From Promethearchaeota archaeon (GTDB lineage Archaea > Asgardarchaeota > Lokiarchaeia > Sigyniarchaeales > SOKP01), in contig JBHLNS010000057.1 of the NCBI GenBank assembly GCA_048941285.1, positions 1-18,377 of the forward strand: 18,377 nt of DNA. Reading direction: 5' to 3'. This document shows, piece after piece, positions 1 to 8,471 of the stretch. The translations under genes were made by a program, and so were the position numbers. Numbering within the stretch: position 1 is the first letter of the stretch; each line of letters begins with the position of its first letter. A model generated the notes under the pieces. It saw only the letters and a program-made list of their open reading frames with translations. It was not told the DNA's origin and searched no databases.

Positions 1-1457
1 GATGGAACCATATCTGTAGTTTTACAATATGTCAGTTCAATTTGTGGAATTTCAGGTGAACCTCCAATTATAAATGGCACAATCATGGAGTCTCTAATTC
101 CAATATCATGAGAGAATGGTGAATCTCCAACTGTCTGTCCATGTTCATAATTAAAGTAATAATCCCCTAATGTTGAAACTATGATATCACAAGATCTAGG
201 ATTCTTAAAATAACGTGGAATTTGATCGATAATCATAGGAAAATTGATGGTATTTGTAGCTTCTAACCATTCTTCTAAAGTGTGAAACTTATTATCCAGT
301 ATCTTTGCAGCTATTTCATTTTCACTATATTGATAAAACTCTTTTCCTTCAAAGATATATTTTGTTTGTTGATCTTTCCCAAAACCTCGATATTCAATCA
401 TACCATGATATTTTTTGTTAGAATCTTTTTCAGAATATTCAATATGAATTATACCCTTTTCTGGCGTATTGTTACTGTCCCTATAATACATATATTTAAC
501 TCCTGGAATCTCCCATAAAGTCTCAAAAAGATTTATTTCTTTTTTTCCAGTTCTATTTACTTTGAAGTTTTGCATTTCTTGAATGGAAGGATGATGGTGC
601 CATGTTTCTCCTGGAAAATTGAAGAAGCCAACTGAGCCAAAATTACAATCAAAATCTCCAGTTCCTTTTTCAGGAACATATGGGACTAATCCTTTTTGTT
701 TTATGAATGGTTCGAGATTAAAATTTTTTTTTGCTTGATAATTGCCATGATCTGAGATGAGACCTATTGCTGTAGAATCATAATACCCCGTCCTTTTTAG
801 TGTACTAATTAAAGATCCAAGATATTTATCACATTCAATAATTAGATTAATATAATTGCTATCATTGAATCCTTTTCTATGCATAATATCATCTGTTTGG
901 AAAATATATCCAACACTGATTCTTGGAACTTCCCTATTTGAAAAATAACTTTGCGGATGTTCAAATGCAATTGCAATATTATTAAAGATTCCTTCTACAT
1001 CAAATACACTTCTTCCAGCAACAAAATAAGCTCCTCTAAATAGGAAACAACTTGAACTTAAAACATTTCCTTTTGGTGCTTGTTCAAAAATGGTTTTGAC
1101 ATTTTTACCAATATCTTTATTCACTTTTAATAATTGAGATCTATCTCCATAATTGCGAATGAACGGAGTTTTTTTACTCATTGATGGAGGATCAATGCGG
1201 TTTAGCCAATGATACATTGGAACACCACTTCCTTCCTTGGGAAAATATCCCGAATACGCTCCTGTTATAATATTACCATAACAAGGAAAAGTGATAGCTG
1301 GATAAGAAGTAATACAATTTGAACATTTTATCCCCTCTTCAGCAATTTTAGCCATATTTGGAAGTCTTTTTTCTTTCATCAATTTAAACAACTGTTCAGC
1401 ACGAACATCATCAATGATGATCAGTATTACTTGGTTAACTTTAGCGTTCCGATTCAT
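1..1457 (-). CDS. Alkaline phosphatase superfamily protein (nucleotide pyrophosphatase/type I phosphodiesterase-like), 3'-truncated by the window edge
   Basis: Absent from the ORF track because its stop lies outside the window. Hand translation from ATG 1457 gives MNRNAKVNQVILIIIDDVRAEQ...ITSYPAITFPCYGNIITG. Later segments are DIMHRKG and GLISDHGNY, and near the edge SHDIG...VPFIIGG...KTTDMVP. These match the metal-binding and Thr-nucleophile motifs of NPP-type enzymes. Confidence 0.88.
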   Translation of the reverse strand, partial: MNRNAKVNQVILIIIDDVRAEQLFKLMKEKRLPNMAKIAEEGIKCSNCITSYPAITFPCYGNIITGAYSGYFPKEGSGVPMYHWLNRIDPPSMSKKTPFIRNYGDRSQLLKVNKDIGKNVKTIFEQAPKGNVLSSSCFLFRGAYFVAGRSVFDVEGIFNNIAIAFEHPQSYFSNREVPRISVGYIFQTDDIMHRKGFNDSNYINLIIECDKYLGSLISTLKRTGYYDSTAIGLISDHGNYQAKKNFNLEPFIKQKGLVPYVPEKGTGDFDCNFGSVGFFNFPGETWHHHPSIQEMQNFKVNRTGKKEINLFETLWEIPGVKYMYYRDSNNTPEKGIIHIEYSEKDSNKKYHGMIEYRGFGKDQQTKYIFEGKEFYQYSENEIAAKILDNKFHTLEEWLEATNTINFPMIIDQIPRYFKNPRSCDIIVSTLGDYYFNYEHGQTVGDSPFSHDIGIRDSMIVPFIIGGSPEIPQIELTYCKTTDMVP

Positions 1458-1574
1458 ATTTGTCAAAATTTTGATAACAATTTATATAAATTTAAAATAA
1501 AATATAGTTGCATAGAATTTGAATTTTTAATTATTAAAGATTAATAGGAAATAATCTCAATGTAATTAACAATA

Positions 1575-2636
1575 ATGGAAACAACTCATAAAATATATTT
1601 TAAAGATTCATCTAATATGGCTGAAGTGGATTCAGAGTCTATAGATTTAATAATAACATCGCCTCCATATCCAATGATCGAGATGTGGGATTCATTATTC
1701 TCTTCTTTAAATAGTGAGGTCGATCAAGCCATTGAAGGAGGAAATGATAAGAAAGCTTTTAATCTAATGCATAGAGAATTAGATAAAGTTTGGAAGGAAG
1801 TAACCCGAGTGTTAAAATCAGGAGGAATAGCTTGTATAAATATTGGTGATGCAACGAGAAAAATAGGTCAAAATTTTCAATTATTCCCAAATCACATTAA
1901 AATTGCAAATTTTTTCCACAAAAATAACTATATTGAATTACCTAACATCCTATGGAGAAAACAAACAAATAGTCCAAACAAATTTATGGGTTCTGGCATG
2001 CTTCCACCAAATGCATATGTGACTCTTGAACATGAGTACATTTTACTTTTTAGAAAAGGAGATGCGAAAAGAGAAATGCCACCTAAACTGGAAAGGAGAT
2101 ATCATAGTGCTTTCTTTTGGGAAGAAAGGAATAAATGGTTTTCAGATATCTGGGAGGATATAAAAGGAATTTCCCAGAATATGAAAAGGAAAAACGATAA
2201 TCAAAAAAAAATAAGAGACCGTTCAGCCTCCTATCCCTTAGAATTACCATATCGTTTGATTAATATGTTTTCCTTATATGAAGATATTGTTTTGGATCCA
2301 TTCTGGGGAACAGGAACAACTTCATTAGCTGCAATGATTTCGGGAAGAAATTCAATTGGGTATGAAATTAACTCTAAATTTAAAGATATCTTTAAAGAAA
2401 ATATAGATAACCTTAAAAAATTGAGTCTTGAAGTTAATAATAAAAGAATCAATCAACACATTGATTTTATCAAGGAATACAAGAAAAGATTTAAAGATAT
2501 TAAATATAATTCAGTTCATTATAAATTTCCTGTAGTAACAAAACAAGAAATTGGATTTTTATTATATCTAATAAAAAATTATAGTGAGGATGAGAATAAA
2601 TTTATTCTTAACTATCAAAAATTTGAGTTTAATTAA
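1575..2636 (+). CDS. Site-specific DNA amino-methyltransferase, beta class (N6_N4_Mtase; probably m4C)
   Basis: Catalytic DLIITSPPY is N-terminal and SAM-binding VLDPFWGTGTT is C-terminal, which is the beta-class order. Also HEYILLFRK and GRNSIGYEI. SPPY is typical of N4-cytosine enzymes. Confidence 0.92.
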   Translation: METTHKIYFKDSSNMAEVDSESIDLIITSPPYPMIEMWDSLFSSLNSEVDQAIEGGNDKKAFNLMHRELDKVWKEVTRVLKSGGIACINIGDATRKIGQNFQLFPNHIKIANFFHKNNYIELPNILWRKQTNSPNKFMGSGMLPPNAYVTLEHEYILLFRKGDAKREMPPKLERRYHSAFFWEERNKWFSDIWEDIKGISQNMKRKNDNQKKIRDRSASYPLELPYRLINMFSLYEDIVLDPFWGTGTTSLAAMISGRNSIGYEINSKFKDIFKENIDNLKKLSLEVNNKRINQHIDFIKEYKKRFKDIKYNSVHYKFPVVTKQEIGFLLYLIKNYSEDENKFILNYQKFEFN

Positions 2637-2653
2637 TAAATAGATGGTTTTTC

Positions 2654-2733
2654 AAAATCCTTTCTCGAGCAGAGTTTTCGTCAAATAACTTTCCATATAG
2701 GGCTTTTTTATTTGAGTCATTATTTAGGATTTT
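2654..2733 (-). promoter_or_regulatory. Putative SECIS element (eukaryote/Asgard-type, kink-turn core) in the 3' UTR of the 2734..3654 gene
   Basis: Minus-strand RNA after the UAA: AAAAUCCU-AAAUA-AUGAC-UCAAAUAA-AAAAG-CCCUAUAUGG-AAAG-UUAUUUGA-CGAA-AACUCUGCUCGAGAA-AGGAUUUU. It has an 8-bp helix I, an AUGA/GA core, an 8-bp helix II, and unpaired apical As with a CC/GG mini-stem. Confidence 0.75.
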
Positions 2734-3654
2734 TTACTTACAATCTTCAGCTTGCTGGAGATTAATTTTTATAAAAGCTTCTTCTTGAAGATTACGCTGT
2801 TCTGATTTTACAGATCGGTTTACTTGATGTAAATGTTTCATCGCATCATTTTTTCCTTGCTTGATGTTTTCAATTAGTTGTTCCTTACTCAAACCACCAG
2901 AAATGACGAGAGCTGTTTGAAAGGTATGACCAGGCTCGATAGTCATGAATTCGATCTGTAAGGCAGATAAGATTTCTCCTTTTCCTCTATATAAAGTATT
3001 AGAAAGATTCATTTTAGTATGATCAACTCTAAAATCTTTTGTTAAACATGACTCGTAGTTTGTCGATTTAGAAATGGGTGAAAATCCACCATATAAACCC
3101 GTATCATCATATTGGTAAATTATATCGTTTTCTTCATCATACCCTGACATATCATTGTCATAACCTTCAAGTCCATTTATATCAAAATCAAATACAAAAT
3201 ACATTGAGAAATCTTTCATAGCAAAATCAGAAATGTTTTTTATAGTAAAAAATGTACTGATATACGGTACTTTAGGGGGATTAAAGATGTCCTTGTAAAC
3301 GCGCACAAATTCTTTTTTTTCTAAAGGTATTGATTTGATTTGTTTTTCTTGGACTAATTTTTTTAAATATTCTGTAATATTGAAATCTAAGGTAATTCTG
3401 CTAATTTTTGTCCCAGCTCTTGTATTTACCATATTATATATGGGTGTGGGCTCAATATTTTTTAGAATCACTGGAATCGTACCAATCTTTTTCCCTTCTA
3501 GTTTAAAACTAAACCAAGGGCCAGTTAGTTCTTGTTCACTAAGATATATGAGATATCTGTCTAAATATGTAAGCTCTTTGATTGAAAATCCCATTACATA
3601 TCCACGAGTATTTCAGGTTGCAAGCACATCATGCCAAATAATTTTAAGTACTAT
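2734..3654 (-). CDS. Uncharacterised protein; candidate selenoprotein (in-frame TGA at 3613..3615 read as Sec). The ORF track gives only the 286-aa part 2734..3594
   Basis: Upstream of ATG 3594 the frame reads ATA GTA CTT AAA ATT ATT TGG CAT GAT GTG CTT GCA ACC TGA AAT ACT CGT GGA TAT GTA ATG, i.e. (M)VLKIIWHDVLAT-U-NTRGYVMGFS. GGAGG sits 8 nt before the ATA, and a SECIS-like element follows the stop. The CDS itself is secure; the confidence given is for the extension. Confidence 0.7.
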
Positions 3655-3660
3655 TTTTTA

Positions 3661-3670
3661 AACCTCCTTC
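3661..3670 (-). promoter_or_regulatory. Shine-Dalgarno-like ribosome binding site GAAGGAGGTT
   Basis: GGAGG at 3667..3663 lies 8 nt from the in-frame ATA at 3654 but about 70 nt from ATG 3594. Confidence 0.7.
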
Positions 3671-3757
3671 TACTTATTTTTAAGAATTTTATTCACTTTA
3701 ATTAGGGTATTACTTATAAAAAAATGAGAATTCATAAAAAAGTTTGTATTAGAGGGA

Positions 3758-4738
3758 TTAAAGATTTTCTACAACTCTATATGCAATATATAAGAAAGCA
3801 TCATTAACATTCTCACCAGTTAAAGCTGATGTAAGAATATAATGAAACCCAAATTGTTTTGCACTAACCTTTATGTCTTCTTCCTTTATTACAATTTCTT
3901 CTTTTAAATCAGATTTATTTCCAACTAATACAATGGGAATAGTTCTTGATACTGATTTTTTGATTTCATTATACCATTTTTCAATACTTTTTAGATGGTT
4001 TGGCCGAGTTCTATCTATAACTATGAAGGCCGCATTTGCACCGTTATAAAATCTTGCCCTATTCAAATCAAATTGGCTTTGCCCACCAATATCCCAGATA
4101 AGAAAATTCATTTTAGTTTTTTCGCTTAGAAGAACTGTCTTTTTACTTAATTGGACTCCTATTGTACTTATATAATCTTTCTCGAATCTATTTTCCACAA
4201 AACGTCTAATTAAGGATGTTTTGCCCACTTGATAATCTCCACAAAATATTAGTTTATTCGAGTATTCTCCTGTTAAATTAGGCAGTTCTCCTCCTCGAGT
4301 TTTGGATAAAGCTTTTATTATTTCAGGAATTTTTGGTGAAACAAATTGATTTCCAGTTAAAATTAACTCAACCTTAGAAGATATGTGCTCAGAGTATACT
4401 TTCAATTCAATATCGGTTGCTATTTTATCTGCTACTGTAGACAGTATTGAATTTGGGCCCATCGAACTAAATACAAACTTTTTACCTCCTGTTTCAGTGA
4501 TATTAAAGAAACTAGTAGTTGTTCCAAATTCAGTTTTAATTCTATCTATGTATGTATCAAGCATAGCAGAAAGCGCTCCAATAATTGCATCTGATTCTTC
4601 TTCATTTTGTTCTTTAGACTCTGAAGCGATAATAAAACCATTTCTATCACATATGGCTACACCTAAAAGGCCCTCAACTTCATTAAGATAATTATGTAGA
4701 ATTTCATTTAATAGTTCTGTGTTAGGAAGACGTTCCAT
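3758..4738 (-). CDS. Roadblock/LC7 domain fused to a Ras-superfamily (Rab-like) small GTPase
   Basis: N-terminal VEGLLGVAICDRNGFIIAS...IIGALSAML is a roadblock pattern. GTPase motifs: G1 GDYQVGKT, G2 YISTIGV, G3 WDIGGQ, G4 NKSD, G5 TSALTG. No C-terminal prenylation cysteine. Confidence 0.92.
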   Translation of the reverse strand: MERLPNTELLNEILHNYLNEVEGLLGVAICDRNGFIIASESKEQNEEESDAIIGALSAMLDTYIDRIKTEFGTTTSFFNITETGGKKFVFSSMGPNSILSTVADKIATDIELKVYSEHISSKVELILTGNQFVSPKIPEIIKALSKTRGGELPNLTGEYSNKLIFCGDYQVGKTSLIRRFVENRFEKDYISTIGVQLSKKTVLLSEKTKMNFLIWDIGGQSQFDLNRARFYNGANAAFIVIDRTRPNHLKSIEKWYNEIKKSVSRTIPIVLVGNKSDLKEEIVIKEEDIKVSAKQFGFHYILTSALTGENVNDAFLYIAYRVVENL

Positions 4739-4883
4739 TGGTATTGCATTTTTTTTAATTTCTATATTTGTAGATAATATAAAAATAATATAAATATAGG
4801 TATTTGGATAATATTAAAGTCATATCTAAGTCAAGTTCTACATACCATTCTATTTTAAATTTATTTCATCTCTTTTTTCATTC

Positions 4884-5048
4884 ATGATTGAAAGTTCATC
4901 TACTGATCCAGATATTTTAAAATATGAAGAAAATATTGCCAAAATCTTAGATCGAGCAGTCAAACTCTTTCGAAGAACCAATCTTGAAGAACTCGCAGAT
5001 AAGTGGGATCGAATTTTGAAGACATACAACTCAAAGAAAAATTGCTAA
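4884..5048 (+). CDS. Small hypothetical protein (54 aa) or gene remnant
   Basis: ATG 4884 to TAA 5048: MIESSSTDPDILKYEENIAKILDRAVKLFRRTNLEELADKWDRILKTYNSKKNC. Helical, protein-like composition; fills the gap up to the convergent methyltransferase. Below the track's size cutoff. Confidence 0.45.
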   Translation: MIESSSTDPDILKYEENIAKILDRAVKLFRRTNLEELADKWDRILKTYNSKKNC

Positions 5049-5063
5049 TAAGGAAGTCGAAAT

Positions 5064-6977
5064 TTAATCATTTAAAGTTTTCATAAAATCCAATATATAA
5101 TTCCGATTGTTTTCAGAAATCTGATACAAATCAAAAATTAAGAAGTCGATGATCTCTTGGAGATACTCCAATTCCTCAAGGTTTTCTAAAATTAATTTAA
5201 CATTCTCAACTATTTTTTTAACATACTCCTTCTCTTTACTAGAAATTGGAACTTTAATTGGAAAGATTTTTATTTTTTCTATTAAAATTCTTGGAAATAA
5301 TTTTTTATAGGTTCCAAATGATTTAATGAAGTAGTACGAGAAAAGCATTGAATTAAAGAGACCTAATAAATAAAAATTATTAAACTCATCAATAGAAGAT
5401 TTCATAACTCTCAAATTGTAATAAGATTGAGAAGTATATGATAAATTTTTATCATAAGTCGCACAAATTTTATTTTTTTGGCTTAGTTGTCTTATTACTA
5501 TTCGATCTTCATAAAGCTTCATACTTTTATAGTTTATTCCAACTTTAGAAGTATCTATATATTTATATTGAGTTTTTTGATAACGATTTATAGAATATAG
5601 GAATAATTGAAAATTTTCTTTAATAGCATTTGAGGGAATTGACTCGTAAATAATGTTTTCAATATTTTCTTTATTTAAATTTGATTTACAGTGAGGACAT
5701 TTTAGTGATTTTTGAGGAATTGGTGAATATTTATTGCATTTTATACAATATATTATCTTTCCCGTTTTAGTTAGTTCAACACCTCTACCTAAAGCCAATA
5801 TAATATTATATGTTTTGAATAAATCTTTTAATTTTGGAAATTCTGAGTTTAATTGTTTAAGAATCAATATATCCATCTGATTTAAATGAATCAAATATTT
5901 GTAACCCCATGTTTCTAAAATTTGTTGTGGTATTGTATATTCATTTCGATTTGATAATTTTAAGCTAATTTGGTTGTTTTTTCTTTCGAAGATAATACTC
6001 TCCTTTTCTAAAATTAAGATAATATTCGAAACAATAAGGTCACTAAACTTTGGTCCTGTGTGATAAATTTGTTTAATTTTTGTTTTATTATATATATATC
6101 TCCTGAGTATTGAGCGACTTGAAAGAGCTAAAAGTGAATCTGGAACGATAAAGCCTAAAATACCCCCCTGCTTCAAAATTCTTATTCCAATTTCTATAAA
6201 TATCTGATAATAATCATATTGACCATCATTAGTTTCAAAAGCAGACTTTTCAATTATTTCTCTTTGATCTAAGGGAATATCTCTGATAAATAGATATGGA
6301 GGGTTTCCTATTACATAATCATACTCATCTTCAGTATCTAATGTTAATGTATTATTATTTTCTATATTGAATATTGGAAGACGGAAATAAGGCTCAGAAA
6401 ATAAAATTAAATTTAATAATTCAAATAAAGTAAACCGAATATTAATTTGACATAAAATACAAGCAATTGGATTGATATCTATTCCAATAACATTATTTTT
6501 AACTACAGAAATTATAGATTTTGCTTCCTTAACTGTTAATTCAGAAATTTTCTCGTGGTGATAAATTTTAAGAAATCTTTTAATTAAAACTCTAATTGCT
6601 TCAATAATAAAGCTTCCAGAACCACAACTGATATCAATTATTTTTTTTATTTCAATTTGGTTAATGTCATCATAACCTGAAGCTTCTAATATGTATTTAA
6701 CTACTGAAACGGGAGTATAAAATTCACCAAGTTCTTTTTTTTCTTTATGATTTCGCGTTTCTTCATATACTCTACTTATTAGATCAAAATCTGTTACTTT
6801 TAATTCAGAGGAAACATCATCTCTTATGGTTTTCTCGGCATTATTAAACCACCCAAGACTTTCAATTATTCTTTTCAAGAAAATATCACAATTATGCTCA
6901 TTCAAACCAACTTTGTAAAATTGTTTTAAATTTCTTATAACATCTTCTTTTTCCAGATAATTAATAAAATCTTGCAT
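5064..6977 (-). CDS. N6-adenine DNA methyltransferase, gamma class (Eco57I/TaqI-like) with C-terminal target-recognition domain
   Basis: Motifs in gamma order: KELGEFYTP, IIDISCGSGSF, GIDINP, YDYVIGNPPY, LKQGGILGFIVP. The TaqI_C-like tail has RIVIRQ and YLLGLFNSMLFSYYF. The N-terminus is too short for an endonuclease domain. Confidence 0.9.
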   Translation of the reverse strand: MQDFINYLEKEDVIRNLKQFYKVGLNEHNCDIFLKRIIESLGWFNNAEKTIRDDVSSELKVTDFDLISRVYEETRNHKEKKELGEFYTPVSVVKYILEASGYDDINQIEIKKIIDISCGSGSFIIEAIRVLIKRFLKIYHHEKISELTVKEAKSIISVVKNNVIGIDINPIACILCQINIRFTLFELLNLILFSEPYFRLPIFNIENNNTLTLDTEDEYDYVIGNPPYLFIRDIPLDQREIIEKSAFETNDGQYDYYQIFIEIGIRILKQGGILGFIVPDSLLALSSRSILRRYIYNKTKIKQIYHTGPKFSDLIVSNIILILEKESIIFERKNNQISLKLSNRNEYTIPQQILETWGYKYLIHLNQMDILILKQLNSEFPKLKDLFKTYNIILALGRGVELTKTGKIIYCIKCNKYSPIPQKSLKCPHCKSNLNKENIENIIYESIPSNAIKENFQLFLYSINRYQKTQYKYIDTSKVGINYKSMKLYEDRIVIRQLSQKNKICATYDKNLSYTSQSYYNLRVMKSSIDEFNNFYLLGLFNSMLFSYYFIKSFGTYKKLFPRILIEKIKIFPIKVPISSKEKEYVKKIVENVKLILENLEELEYLQEIIDFLIFDLYQISENNRNYILDFMKTLND

Positions 6978-7191
6978 ATAGAATTGAAATTTGAGACTCT
7001 TTTTTAAAATTAGATTATATGAATATTTCTTTTTTATTATTTGTAATTTAATAGTAGTAATTAAATATCGAGATAATGTTATAAAATTGAAGATAATACA
7101 AATTGAGAAATACTTTTCTATAATATATCAAATTTAAATAATATTGAACTATATTTTTTTTGTCTGAGTTAAAGGAATTCAAAGTTGAATT

Positions 7192-8292
7192 ATGATAATT
7201 GATATCTTTCTGATCATAGTTTCATTGATAATTTCTTTTATCGCAGTATCCTTTCTTTATTTCAATCGTGAAAATTTCGGCAGCAAACTTAATGTCTTTT
7301 TAAATAGTCTAATTTATTTATCTCTGGGAATCATCTTTTTCGCATTATTTTTATTATCCACAGAAATTTATTTTGCAGAAGAATTTGCTCTTGGATTATT
7401 CCACCTATCAATAATATCTTGGCTTTTTTCATTAAGTATGTTGAATCTTATTCACAAATATATAATTAATTTTGAAAAGAGCCCAATTTTATCCATACTT
7501 CTATATTCTTTATTGATTGGAACAATTCTAGGGTTATTTTTCATTCCAAATTCAATTACAATTAATCTAAATAATGGATTTTATAGTTTTGATTTTCAGA
7601 ATCATATGCTTCTATATTTGCTCCTCACCTATAATTTTATTATAATTTTTGTAATGTGTTATAATATTGTAAAATTCTACCATAATCTTCGAAATGATAA
7701 ATCAAGAAAAATGTTAAGTATCCTTACCATTGAGTTTTGCGTTATAATTATTTTTTATTCGATTTATATTATTTCGCAAAATCTCATTTTCAAGTATTTT
7801 TATGTTGCTTTTTATTTACTCGGTGCAATTCTAGTTTCCTATTATTTAATCAAAAGCCCTGCTCTTTTTATTGAACTTACTAATAAGATTTATGATTTTA
7901 TAATCTTCCATAGAAGTGGAATCCTCCTGTATTCATATAATTTCGAGACTGGAGAAGAGACTGATGAATCTCTCTTAAAAGGTTCTATTTTGATAGGAAT
8001 TAATCATATTCTTTCTAATTTTATTAATAAAAAAGATCAATTAGGATTAATTAAAATGCAGAATAGAGATATAATATTTGAATATGATAATAATCATGGT
8101 TATGCTCTATTATTAACTATTAATCATAAGAATTCATTCATAGATAAAGCAGTAAGCAAATTTATGACAAAATTCACAGATTTAAATAGAGAAAAATTGA
8201 AAAATTTAACAGGTCTTATTGATGCATCAGAATTTCGAAATGCAAAAGATATAATAACAGAATTTTTTGAACCTTTTATAGTTAAAGATTGA
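7192..8292 (+). CDS. Seven-TM membrane protein with C-terminal longin-like domain
   Basis: About 7 hydrophobic segments in aa 1-220, with a polar loop between TM4 and TM5. The soluble domain IYDFIIFHRSGILLYSYNF...ILIGINHILSNF...DIIFEY...YALLLTI...KAVSKFMTKF fits the longin beta-beta-alpha-beta-beta-beta-alpha-alpha pattern. Confidence 0.72.
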   Translation: MIIDIFLIIVSLIISFIAVSFLYFNRENFGSKLNVFLNSLIYLSLGIIFFALFLLSTEIYFAEEFALGLFHLSIISWLFSLSMLNLIHKYIINFEKSPILSILLYSLLIGTILGLFFIPNSITINLNNGFYSFDFQNHMLLYLLLTYNFIIIFVMCYNIVKFYHNLRNDKSRKMLSILTIEFCVIIIFYSIYIISQNLIFKYFYVAFYLLGAILVSYYLIKSPALFIELTNKIYDFIIFHRSGILLYSYNFETGEETDESLLKGSILIGINHILSNFINKKDQLGLIKMQNRDIIFEYDNNHGYALLLTINHKNSFIDKAVSKFMTKFTDLNREKLKNLTGLIDASEFRNAKDIITEFFEPFIVKD

Positions 8293-8471
8293 ATAGATCA
8301 GACATATGAATTTTTGAAAAAAGAATTCGAAAATGATTAATTTCTTTAAAATGATGTCAGACTTTATCAATAATAAATAAAATTATATTTATGACGATGT
8401 CTTCTATATTCAATAATATACTTGAAATTAATTCAATAATATAAAGTCAATAAAACGCTTGAAATTAATAT

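Noticed and set aside
282-518. 78-aa plus-strand ORF in the track
   Set aside because: Antisense shadow of the phosphodiesterase gene on the minus strand.
1458-1574. TATA-like boxes here and in other intergenic regions
   Set aside because: The sequence is too AT-rich to distinguish real promoters from chance matches by eye.
8290-8402. TGA stop of the first 7TM-longin gene followed by a short open frame and an ATGA...TGACGA segment
   Set aside because: The stop coincides with the C-terminus of the paralog, and the downstream sequence does not form a proper SECIS core with flanking helices.
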